Positions 17,860 to 25,962 of a stretch of 55,343 bases of DNA are shown piece after piece. Each line of letters begins with the position of its first letter. The stretch's first letter is position 1. The DNA comes from Clostridia bacterium (GTDB lineage Bacteria > Bacillota > Clostridia > Peptostreptococcales > Anaerovoracaceae): assembly GCA_024403065.1 (NCBI GenBank), contig JAKSSM010000001.1, positions 1 to 55,343 of the forward strand, in the 5' to 3' direction. The notes under the pieces were generated by a model. That model ran no database searches. It was not told the origin of the DNA and saw only the letters and a program-made list of their open reading frames with translations. Both the position numbers and the translations under genes were made by a program.

Positions 17860-19172
17860 TGAACAAGAAAAGATTTTCTGTAATATTAATTGCGTTACTC
17901 CTTCTCGTTTTATCCATTGCTCCATTTGCAAGTGCAGCTTCTCCTACAGATGAGATTCTCCTCTATGAAATCACTGCAGATGTAAATGACGATGGTACAG
18001 TAGACCTTGTATATCACATTCAGTGGAAGGTACTCGTATCCGATGGAATCGGACCTTTAAACTGGGTAAATATCGGTATTGCAAATGACCAGTATATAGA
18101 CTATGAGCCATTAAGCGATACCATCGACAACATGTGGTACCATGGCGAAGGTGGAGAAAGCTTCATGCAGATCTATTTTGACCGTGACTACTACAAGGGA
18201 GAAGTATGTGACTTCTCATTCAAGGTTGTTCAGGACTATATCTATCAGATGAACCTTCTTCAGGATGGAGTAACAACATACAAGTTCACTCCAGGCTGGT
18301 TCAATGATATTGCAGTAGACAAATTCGTTTTCAGATGGAACAATGAAAAGACTGTAAGCCACTCACCTGCAGGTATCGTAAAAGACGGATACATGACATG
18401 GGAAGAAAGCTTAAAGCCAGGTGAATATATTTCATTCATGATTGACTACAACAATGATGCCTTCATGTTCAATGAAACAAAGACTATCGAGAGTGGTGAA
18501 TCATACTACCATGGCGGCGGATATGACTACGATGATGACGACAGCATATTTGAAATCATTGCAGGACTCTTTGCACTCTGCTTCTTTGGTGGAATCTTCA
18601 TTGTAATCGGAAAGATTTTATCAGCTGTTGCAAGATTCGCAACAGGTGCTTCCATGAGTGCTACAAAGACTCAGAAGAAGATTACACGTACAAAGATTGT
18701 TTACTGGCCAGAATGTCAGGGCTGTGGTGCTGTAAGAAAAGACGGCGAAACTACATGCTCATACTGTGGCAGAAGCTTTGTAAAGAGTGAAGAAATTCTT
18801 AAGGAAGAAGATATCAAGGCTCAGGATAAGGATGCCTTGAAATACAGAACAAACGGAGAGTATCACTACTCATCATCACCTGATACATTTATCAGAATCA
18901 ATGTAGTAAATGTTCCTGTTCCAAAGAGCAGTTCATCTTCATCCCGTCCATCAAGTTCAAGAACTTCAAGCTCCGGATCATCACGTTCACACAGTTCCTG
19001 TGCTCACAGTTCCTGTGCACACAGCTCCTGTGCATGCGCTTCATCCTGTGCATGTGCCTGCGCATGTGCCTGCGCTGGAGGCGGAAGAGCCGGTTGTACA
19101 ACAAAGGACTTCTACAATACTGGACTTAAACTCAAGCAGCTTGAGATGAAGAAAAAGGCAAAGAGAAGATAA
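17859..19172 (+). CDS. Single-pass membrane protein: signal peptide, DUF2207-like ectodomain, TM, zinc ribbon, poly-Ser and Cys-rich (HSSCA/CA repeat) tail
   Basis: Start overlaps the radical SAM stop (TAATG). Signal peptide ends ...PFASA. EITADVNDDGTVDLVYHIQWKV resembles the DUF2207 N-terminus. TM is IIAGLFALCFFGGIFIVIG. Zinc ribbon is CQGCG...CSYCG. Tail has 10 Cys between nt 18999 and 19097. Confidence 0.65.
   Translation: MNKKRFSVILIALLLLVLSIAPFASAASPTDEILLYEITADVNDDGTVDLVYHIQWKVLVSDGIGPLNWVNIGIANDQYIDYEPLSDTIDNMWYHGEGGESFMQIYFDRDYYKGEVCDFSFKVVQDYIYQMNLLQDGVTTYKFTPGWFNDIAVDKFVFRWNNEKTVSHSPAGIVKDGYMTWEESLKPGEYISFMIDYNNDAFMFNETKTIESGESYYHGGGYDYDDDDSIFEIIAGLFALCFFGGIFIVIGKILSAVARFATGASMSATKTQKKITRTKIVYWPECQGCGAVRKDGETTCSYCGRSFVKSEEILKEEDIKAQDKDALKYRTNGEYHYSSSPDTFIRINVVNVPVPKSSSSSSRPSSSRTSSSGSSRSHSSCAHSSCAHSSCACASSCACACACACAGGGRAGCTTKDFYNTGLKLKQLEMKKKAKRR
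18990..19076 (+). repeat. In-frame tandem repeats inside the CDS (3 x 15 bp, then 2 x 12 bp)
   Basis: CACAGTTCCTGTGCT / CACAGTTCCTGTGCA / CACAGCTCCTGTGCA at 18990-19034. TGTGCCTGCGCA / TGTGCCTGCGCT at 19053-19076. Confidence 0.9.
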
Positions 19173-19188
19173 AAGTATAACAGACATT

Positions 19189-19229
19189 AAAAAATGGGAC
19201 ATTCTGATGTGTGAGATGTCCCATTTTTG
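19189..19229. terminator. Bidirectional rho-independent terminator
   Basis: 12-bp stem AAAATGGGACAT / ATGTCCCATTTT with a 13-nt loop, flanked by A-run and T-run. Confidence 0.8.
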
Positions 19230-19242
19230 ATGTATTGATATA

Positions 19243-20526
19243 TTAGAGTTCGTCAGGTGTATGTCTGTATTCAATTTCTTTCCACTTGCCGCCTTCAGCT
19301 CTATGCATTTCTTCTGTTGCATGAACCCATCTTAAAACTGTTTTATCTTCTGGGAAGAATTCGATGAATTTTCCGTCTACGAATGTATAGAATCTTGAAA
19401 TATCTGTACACATTCCATATGTTGGAACCTGGTCAGTTGTAAGGTCGAATGTATATGGTTCATCAAAGAGTGTTCCGTTAAAGTGAAGACCCTTATGATC
19501 AAGTGTAAGCATTCCCTGACCGTTTGTTTCTGATGTCTTGCTTCCTGAAAGGAATCTGTCTTCTGGAAGTGTTCCAACCTTTACGATTTCCTTTAAAACG
19601 AAATCAGGATTCTTTACATCTTCCTTTGCCTTTGCTCTTTCCATAAGTACCCAGTCTGTTACAAGTTCTGGACATACGGAGTCACCTACAGGTGTCAGAT
19701 TGTATTTTGAATCAAGTTCAACTTCATTACCGCATACGTTGCACTTCATACGGTTTCCTGATACTTCCATTCTGTGCATTGCACCGCACTTTGGACACAT
19801 GTAGAGGAGTGTATCAAGTTCAGATGCCATATCATTCTTGTTCTTGTATGAAACTTGCGCAGTCTTGTTCCAGATGTAGTCATCGTGAGCAAGAAGTCTG
19901 TTCATCTTGTCAAGAATTTCTTCTACAGTGAGAGTTTGAAGTTCTTCCTTTGTGAACATGATGTCACATACGGATACGCACTTTCCTTTTCTTGAACCAA
20001 GGATGTGCTTTGGATATGTAAGGTAGGCACCTGATGTATGAGCATAGTATACCGGCTGTCCGATGCTCTTTAAGAGCTTTGCGGAGCCGAGTGCTACAGG
20101 CTGCTGCATACCAGTGATTGAGTTCATTCCTTCAGGCATGAAACAGATATTTCCACCCTGTTTTACAATGCTCTTGATCTGCTTCATAGCATAGATGTCA
20201 GGAGTGAAATTCTTCTTTGGAATAGCCTGAGCAAGTCTTAAAAGGATTCCAAGAGGGAATCTGAAGAACTCATTGTATCCTACAACATAGTTGAGCTTGT
20301 TTGGGTAGCAGAATGGAGCTGTGAAAAGATAGTCATTTCTGCAGGCATGATTTGCAATGAACACGAATGGTTCCTTTTCCTTGCTTGGATCAGCCTTAAC
20401 AATATATTCAGCATTTACTGTTTTTGCAATAATCTTTACTACGATGGAAAGGATTGCAAACAGAACTGTATTAGGTTTCTTTACCTGTCTTTTATGGAGT
20501 TTTTCCTGAAGTGTAAGCTTTGCCAT
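19243..20526 (-). CDS. PlsC-family acyltransferase with zinc ribbon (paralogue of 6543-7802)
   Basis: HX4D motif NHACRND and zinc ribbon CPKCG...CNVCG, with the same overall architecture as 6543-7802. Start set at ATG 20526 (MAKLTLQEK...), which has an AGGA-type RBS; the track start 20556 has none. Confidence 0.75.
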   Translation of the reverse strand: MAKLTLQEKLHKRQVKKPNTVLFAILSIVVKIIAKTVNAEYIVKADPSKEKEPFVFIANHACRNDYLFTAPFCYPNKLNYVVGYNEFFRFPLGILLRLAQAIPKKNFTPDIYAMKQIKSIVKQGGNICFMPEGMNSITGMQQPVALGSAKLLKSIGQPVYYAHTSGAYLTYPKHILGSRKGKCVSVCDIMFTKEELQTLTVEEILDKMNRLLAHDDYIWNKTAQVSYKNKNDMASELDTLLYMCPKCGAMHRMEVSGNRMKCNVCGNEVELDSKYNLTPVGDSVCPELVTDWVLMERAKAKEDVKNPDFVLKEIVKVGTLPEDRFLSGSKTSETNGQGMLTLDHKGLHFNGTLFDEPYTFDLTTDQVPTYGMCTDISRFYTFVDGKFIEFFPEDKTVLRWVHATEEMHRAEGGKWKEIEYRHTPDEL

Positions 20527-20686
20527 AATATTTTTTCCTTTCGATTCTGTTGTCATATATATTCAGTATATTAGATTATCTAACTATTTGCAATTAAATG
20601 TTGAAAAATCGCAAGCTTTTGCTTTAACTGTATATATGTTTGTGATATAATTCTTGGTGTTTTCGTAAAAAAGGAGATATATTGAA

Positions 20687-22345
20687 ATGAATAAAAAAAG
20701 CACACTGACACCTATGCTCTTTACATCTCTCAAGGGATATACAAAAGAGCAGGCGGTAAAGGATGTAATCTCAGGAGTAATAGTTGCAATCATCGCACTT
20801 CCACTCTCCATTGCTCTTGCTCTTGCCTCAGGCGTTACACCAGAGCAGGGACTCTATACTGCAATTATAGCAGGTTTCCTCATCTCATTCTTCGGAGGAT
20901 CCCGTGTTCAGATTGCAGGACCTACTGCAGCATTTGCTACAATAGTTGCAGGTATTGTATATCGTAATGGAATGGCAGGCCTTGTAGTTGCTACTGTAAT
21001 TGCAGGTATCCTTCTTATCCTCATGGGTGTTTTCAGACTTGGTACTCTTATCAAGTTCATACCATATACAATCACAACAGGTTTCACTGCAGGTATCGCA
21101 GTTACAATCGTAATCGGACAGCTTAAGGATTTCTTTGGAATCAGATATATGAATGGTGAAACTCCAATTGAAACAGTTGATAAAATAAAGGCAATTGTTT
21201 CAAACTTCGGAACAGTAAATCTTCAGGCAGTCATTGTCGGTGCAGTATGTCTTGCAGTATTAATCATCTGGCCAAAAATCAGTGAAAAGATTCCAGGATC
21301 ATTAATCGCTGTAATTATAGGAATCGTTATGGTATCAGTCTTAAAGCTCAAGGCTAATACAATCGGTGACTTATACACAATTAGCTCAGCACTTCCAAAG
21401 CTTACTATTCCAAAGGTAACATATGCAGTTGTAAGAGAGTCTCTTGGTGACGGATTCACAATCGCAGTTCTCGCTGCTATTGAATCACTCCTTTCATGCG
21501 TAGTAAGTGACTCCATGATAAACTCAAAGCACAATTCCAATATGGAACTCGTTGCACAGGGAATCGGTAATATCGGTTCAGCTCTCTTTGGTGGTATTCC
21601 TGCTACAGGTGCTATTGCAAGAACTGCAGCAAACATCAAGAATGGCGGAAAGACTCCAGTTGCAGGTATGGTTCATGCCGTAATCCTTCTTCTTGTACTT
21701 GTGCTTCTTATGCCATATGCAGCACTGATTCCAATGCCAACAATTGCAGCTATCCTCTTTATGGTAGCATGGAACATGTGTGGTCTTTCCACATTCGTTC
21801 ATCTCTTGAAGACTGCTCCAAAGAGTGATGTAGTTGTACTTGTAATCACATTTGTACTTACTGTAGTATTCGACCTTGTAGTTGCAATCGGTGTAGGTCT
21901 TGTAATGGCTATGGTACTCTTCTTAAAGAGAATCTCAGACGAAACTCAGGTTCTTGGCTGGAAGTACTATGACGAAAACGAAGACGACCCAGAATCAGTT
22001 GAACTCATGAAGATTCCACAGTACGTAAGAGTATATGCATTCAATGGTCCTATGTTCTTCGGTGTGTCCGACCTTACCGGAACAATCAGACTTAAGGACT
22101 TCACAAGGTGCCTGGACATCCGTATGAGAGGTGTTCCATCACTTGATGCTACAGCAATCAATGCTCTTGAAAACCTCTACAAGCGTTGTGAAAAGAACAA
22201 TGTAAAGCTTGTTCTTTCACACCTTAATGAACAGCCATATGCAGCTTTAAAGAAGGCAGGCTTCATCGATATGGTAGGAGAAGACAACTGCTGTCCACAT
22301 ATTGAAGATGCAATCGCACGTGCAACAGAACTTGGAAGAGAATAG
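20687..22345 (+). CDS. SulP family inorganic anion transporter with C-terminal STAS domain
   Basis: 552 aa. N-terminal ...DVISGVIVAIIALPLSIALALASGV..., many TM helices and a STAS-like C-terminus. AAGGAG RBS. Confidence 0.9.
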   Translation: MNKKSTLTPMLFTSLKGYTKEQAVKDVISGVIVAIIALPLSIALALASGVTPEQGLYTAIIAGFLISFFGGSRVQIAGPTAAFATIVAGIVYRNGMAGLVVATVIAGILLILMGVFRLGTLIKFIPYTITTGFTAGIAVTIVIGQLKDFFGIRYMNGETPIETVDKIKAIVSNFGTVNLQAVIVGAVCLAVLIIWPKISEKIPGSLIAVIIGIVMVSVLKLKANTIGDLYTISSALPKLTIPKVTYAVVRESLGDGFTIAVLAAIESLLSCVVSDSMINSKHNSNMELVAQGIGNIGSALFGGIPATGAIARTAANIKNGGKTPVAGMVHAVILLLVLVLLMPYAALIPMPTIAAILFMVAWNMCGLSTFVHLLKTAPKSDVVVLVITFVLTVVFDLVVAIGVGLVMAMVLFLKRISDETQVLGWKYYDENEDDPESVELMKIPQYVRVYAFNGPMFFGVSDLTGTIRLKDFTRCLDIRMRGVPSLDATAINALENLYKRCEKNNVKLVLSHLNEQPYAALKKAGFIDMVGEDNCCPHIEDAIARATELGRE

Positions 22346-22355
22346 AAAAATCCAT

Positions 22356-23369
22356 ATGAGAAATATTATTTATGGCGCAGGGTCACTGGGAACAGTGCTC
22401 GGCGCCTTTCTTGAAAAAAACAGTGAAGAGATTACCCTTGTATCAAGAAATGTTGAGCACGTAAAGATGCTCAACGAAAAGGGTGCAAAGGTAGTAGGAA
22501 ATATTGAGATGTGTGAAAAGGTTCATGCAGTTCTTCCATCTGAAATGGAAGGAAAGTATGACATCATTTTCCTTATGACTAAGCAGCAGGATAATGCTGA
22601 TGCAGCAGCATTTCTTAAGGATTTCATGCATGAGGACTCCCTTGTAGTTGCGCTTCAGAATGGAATTCCTGAACCATATCTTAAAGAAAAGCTTGGTGAA
22701 AACCGTGTAGTTGGTGGAATCGTTGAATGGGGTGCAAGACTTGTTGCTCCAGGAGTTTCAGAACTTACATCAGATATTTCGGCAAATATAATAAAGCTGG
22801 AGAAAAATGAGAAGGTTGAGCCTGAAAGGCTTGATAAGGTCAAGTCAATTCTTGAAAAGATGTGTGAAGTGACTCTTGAAGAGAATATGACTGGTGCAAG
22901 ATGGTCCAAGCTTTTAATTAACGCAACATTTACAGGAATCGGAACTTCTGTAAACGGAACTTTCGGGGACGTTGCAAAAGGAAAGAAAACAAGAGAAATT
23001 GCAGTGAGATCCGTAAAGGAATGCATTGATATCTGCAGAACTGCAGGAGTAACCATCCTTCCTGTACAGGGAAACAATATTGAAAAACTTTTCTACTACA
23101 GAAGTCCAGTAAAGAAAATGATTGCAAAACTCATAATACCTGTAGCAATGAAGAAACACTACAAGACTGAACCATCCATGCTTCAGGACCTTAAAAAAGG
23201 AAAGAAGTGTGAAATTGATCAGATAAATGGTGTTGTAGTTCAGTGGGGAAAGAAATATGGGGTGGATACTCCTGTTAACTCAAGAATCGTTGAGATTGTA
23301 AAAAAAGAAGAAAGGGGAGAACTTCCACTTTCATCTTCCAACATTGAACTGTTTAATGATCTGATTTAA
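22356..23369 (+). CDS. Ketopantoate reductase (PanE/ApbA) family oxidoreductase
   Basis: N-terminal Rossmann IIYGAGSLGTVLGAFL. Length and C-terminal domain fit the ApbA family. ATG 22356 chosen because the track extension overlaps the SulP gene. Confidence 0.75.
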   Translation: MRNIIYGAGSLGTVLGAFLEKNSEEITLVSRNVEHVKMLNEKGAKVVGNIEMCEKVHAVLPSEMEGKYDIIFLMTKQQDNADAAAFLKDFMHEDSLVVALQNGIPEPYLKEKLGENRVVGGIVEWGARLVAPGVSELTSDISANIIKLEKNEKVEPERLDKVKSILEKMCEVTLEENMTGARWSKLLINATFTGIGTSVNGTFGDVAKGKKTREIAVRSVKECIDICRTAGVTILPVQGNNIEKLFYYRSPVKKMIAKLIIPVAMKKHYKTEPSMLQDLKKGKKCEIDQINGVVVQWGKKYGVDTPVNSRIVEIVKKEERGELPLSSSNIELFNDLI

Positions 23370-23383
23370 AATATAAAAAATAT

Positions 23384-23412
23384 AGGCTCTCCATCTGGAG
23401 AGCCTTCTTTAT
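23384..23412. terminator. Bidirectional terminator
   Basis: AGGCTCTC-CATCTG-GAGAGCCT flanked by A-rich and T-rich runs. Confidence 0.75.
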
Positions 23413-23796
23413 TTAGCGTCTGAATCCGAAAAACAGTTTTACGAAATTACCGATGATACTTAAGAGAATAAGCATACCGACAATTCTCATTGGTTTCAGT
23501 TTGAATTCGTAACCGAATCCGTCATCGTGTGTAAGGTTTGTACTTACATATTCCAGAGGTCCCTTTACAGGCATTACTGCTGAAATGAGAACTCCTGGAA
23601 GCTTTCCAAGATCCTTATTGTATTCTTCAGCCAGAAGATTGTATGTTACAGGTTTTGATTCTCTGTAATATGAGATTGTCTCATATCTTGAGTTCATGGA
23701 AGTCATTCCACCGATAAAGAAACCTGCAACGATGAGGATAATCATGAGAAGAATACAGAGAGTCTTGTTATGTCCTATTTTTTTCCTGTTATCCAT
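23413..23796 (-). CDS. Small membrane protein (N- and C-terminal TM helices), last gene of the XpaC/TelA operon
   Basis: 127 aa, GGAG upstream, 11-nt gap to the preceding gene. Confidence 0.5.
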   Translation of the reverse strand: MDNRKKIGHNKTLCILLMIILIVAGFFIGGMTSMNSRYETISYYRESKPVTYNLLAEEYNKDLGKLPGVLISAVMPVKGPLEYVSTNLTHDDGFGYEFKLKPMRIVGMLILLSIIGNFVKLFFGFRR

Positions 23797-23807
23797 ACCT
23801 ACTCCTT

Positions 23808-24059
23808 CTATTTGAGCACTGATCCTACTTTTTCCTGAAGTTCCTTCTGAAGTCTTAAAAGTTCATCTTCTGCAGATGCTCTCTTTTTCTTTTCTTCTTC
23901 TTCAAGCTTTGCCACATCATCAATGGCATCAAGTATTTCGTCATTGGTAGCAATAAGGGATTCTACAAGGATATCAGATGTATCTGAATCCTTTGTGTCA
24001 CCAAGTTCTTCCTTCTGACGGAGAAGAATGCTCTTAAGTCTACTGAAATCGATTTTCAT
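23808..24059 (-). CDS. Small coiled-coil protein resembling the C-terminal about 60 aa of TelA
   Basis: 83 aa. ...KRASAEDELLRLQKELQEKV... parallels the TelA C-terminus ...QRALAETELLRLEGELKDKV.... 2-nt gap after the telA-like stop. Confidence 0.5.
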   Translation of the reverse strand: MKIDFSRLKSILLRQKEELGDTKDSDTSDILVESLIATNDEILDAIDDVAKLEEEEKKKRASAEDELLRLQKELQEKVGSVLK

Positions 24060-24061
24060 GA

Positions 24062-25150
24062 TTAGCTGATTGCCTGGAGAACCTTATCCTTGAGTTCGCC
24101 TTCAAGTCTTAAGAGTTCAGTTTCAGCAAGAGCACGCTGTTCTCTTCCTTCAGTCTGAATCTGCATAACTTCGTCGATTGTTTCGATAAGCTTAGCGTGA
24201 GTTTCCTGAAGAGTTTCAAGATCAACAATACCTCTTTCTGATTCCTTTGCAACAGATACTGTAGTCTGCTTTAATGCTTCTGCGTTCTTCTTTAAGAGTT
24301 CGTTTGTAGCATCTGTAACTGCTCTCTGAGCCTTTACAGCTTCTTCTGAGTTAGCAAGACCAAGTGCAAGTACCATCTGGCTCTTCCAGAGTGGAATAGT
24401 ATTTACAAGAGCAGTCTGAATCTTTTCGATCATAAGTGAGTTGTTGTTCTGAAGCATTCTGATCTGTGGTGCCATCTGAACGGAAACTGTTCTTGTAAGG
24501 TTAAGGTCATAAACCTTCTTTTCAAATCTGTCGATCATCTGTGAGAAGTCATTTACAGCCTGGATGTCCTGAGGATCGCTTGAAGCTTCAGCCTTAGCCT
24601 TTAATTCAGGAAGTGTAACTGTTCTTGCTTCTTCAATCTTCTGCTTACCAGCAGCGATGTAGAGTGAAAGTTCCTTGTAGTTGTCTGAGTTTGCCTTGAA
24701 GAGTTCGTCAAGTACTGCGATGTCTCTTGTTAAAGCAACCTGATGTCCATCAAGAACGTCTACAACACGACCAACATTTGATTCTGCTGTAGCATATCTT
24801 GTCTTTAATACTTCGATAGGTGACTGAGCCTTCTTGAAGAGCTTTGCAAGACCCTTCTTTTCTTCAAATGCATTGAAGCCCTTTAATTCTGCAACGAGTC
24901 CAGTAAGAGAATCGGAAACTGTTCCAAGGTCCTTTGTTCTTACCTTTTCAAGAGCAGTGTCAGAGAATTCTGAAAGCTTTGCCTGAGCATCAGCACCATA
25001 CTGAATAATGCTGTTTGTATCAAATAAGTCTACCTTTTCAGCGTACTTTGCAACGATTGCGTTATCTACTTCTGTGAGGTCAAGACCTACTTCGATATCG
25101 TTAACGGAGATAACTTCGTCCTGTTCTACCATTACTTTTTCCTGTTCCAT
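24062..25150 (-). CDS. Toxic anion resistance protein (TelA/YaaN family)
   Basis: 362 aa, all-helical, with TelA-like conserved blocks and an xpaC-like gene immediately upstream as in Bacillus xpaC-yaaN. Confidence 0.75.
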   Translation of the reverse strand: MEQEKVMVEQDEVISVNDIEVGLDLTEVDNAIVAKYAEKVDLFDTNSIIQYGADAQAKLSEFSDTALEKVRTKDLGTVSDSLTGLVAELKGFNAFEEKKGLAKLFKKAQSPIEVLKTRYATAESNVGRVVDVLDGHQVALTRDIAVLDELFKANSDNYKELSLYIAAGKQKIEEARTVTLPELKAKAEASSDPQDIQAVNDFSQMIDRFEKKVYDLNLTRTVSVQMAPQIRMLQNNNSLMIEKIQTALVNTIPLWKSQMVLALGLANSEEAVKAQRAVTDATNELLKKNAEALKQTTVSVAKESERGIVDLETLQETHAKLIETIDEVMQIQTEGREQRALAETELLRLEGELKDKVLQAIS

Positions 25151-25153
25151 TTT

Positions 25154-25888
25154 CTATTCCTCTCTTTTCTTCTTGCTGTTTTCTTCAAGCTCAAGTCTCA
25201 TAAGCTTGTCGAGTGTGTTGATGTCAGCATTGACTTCCAATGCGTCTATTGTGAAAAGGTCATCAAAGAGATCCTTTAAGGATACATCTGCGCCTTTTAC
25301 TGCCTCTAAAATCTTGTCCATTGCCTGCTGGATTGTCTGTCCTTCAGGTGCTGCTTCCTTGTTGTTTTCGAAATCGATGAATCTGTCAACGAGTTCTAAG
25401 AGCATATCACCATAGTAGTTTGCAAGCTTTCTTACCTTCATTCTGTCTTCAGGCTTCTCTTCAACGTCTTCAGCCATCTTTGAAAGTGTAACTGCGATTG
25501 AACCGAGGGCCTGCTTCATTTCCTGATTCTGAACTACCTTTGCTCTGTCGATTACAAGGTCGTTGAGCATGTGAAGCTTCTGAGCGATTTCATCGCTGTA
25601 GACCTTTGAAACAGGTGGTGGTGGGAGAAGCTTGATCTGGCTTTCTCTGATCTTCACAAGGATGAATCCTACAAGCCAGGCTGCAAGTGTTACGAAGAAG
25701 ATTGTTGCAGGTTTGTAGATTGGAGTAATGAGTGCAAGTCCGCACCATACAAGGCCTGCTGCGATGTATGGGACACCTTTACCCATAACCTTTGCTTTCT
25801 TCTTTTCGTAGTTCTCTTTTTCCTGTTCTTTTCTTTCTTTTATTTCACGTTCATACTGTTCAGTCTTTGTTTCTTTTGTTTCTGCCAT
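25154..25888 (-). CDS. XpaC-like (5-bromo-4-chloroindolyl phosphate hydrolysis protein family) membrane protein
   Basis: Lys/Glu-rich N-terminus, two TM helices, helical C-terminal domain. AGGAGG RBS. Position upstream of the TelA-like gene. Confidence 0.55.
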   Translation of the reverse strand: MAETKETKTEQYEREIKERKEQEKENYEKKKAKVMGKGVPYIAAGLVWCGLALITPIYKPATIFFVTLAAWLVGFILVKIRESQIKLLPPPPVSKVYSDEIAQKLHMLNDLVIDRAKVVQNQEMKQALGSIAVTLSKMAEDVEEKPEDRMKVRKLANYYGDMLLELVDRFIDFENNKEAAPEGQTIQQAMDKILEAVKGADVSLKDLFDDLFTIDALEVNADINTLDKLMRLELEENSKKKREE

Positions 25889-25962
25889 AATTTACCTCCT
25901 TTTGAAGCAATTCAAAAATATTATATCACATATTATATTAAATTTGTGATAATATATCTTCG

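Noticed and set aside
18898-19149. ORFs 18898-19104 (-) and 18910-19149 (+) overlapping the Cys/Ser repeat region
   Set aside because: These are alternative-frame and antisense readings of the tandem 15-bp and 12-bp repeats. They yield His/Arg/Val-rich low-complexity strings and lie entirely inside the well-supported 17859-19172 CDS.
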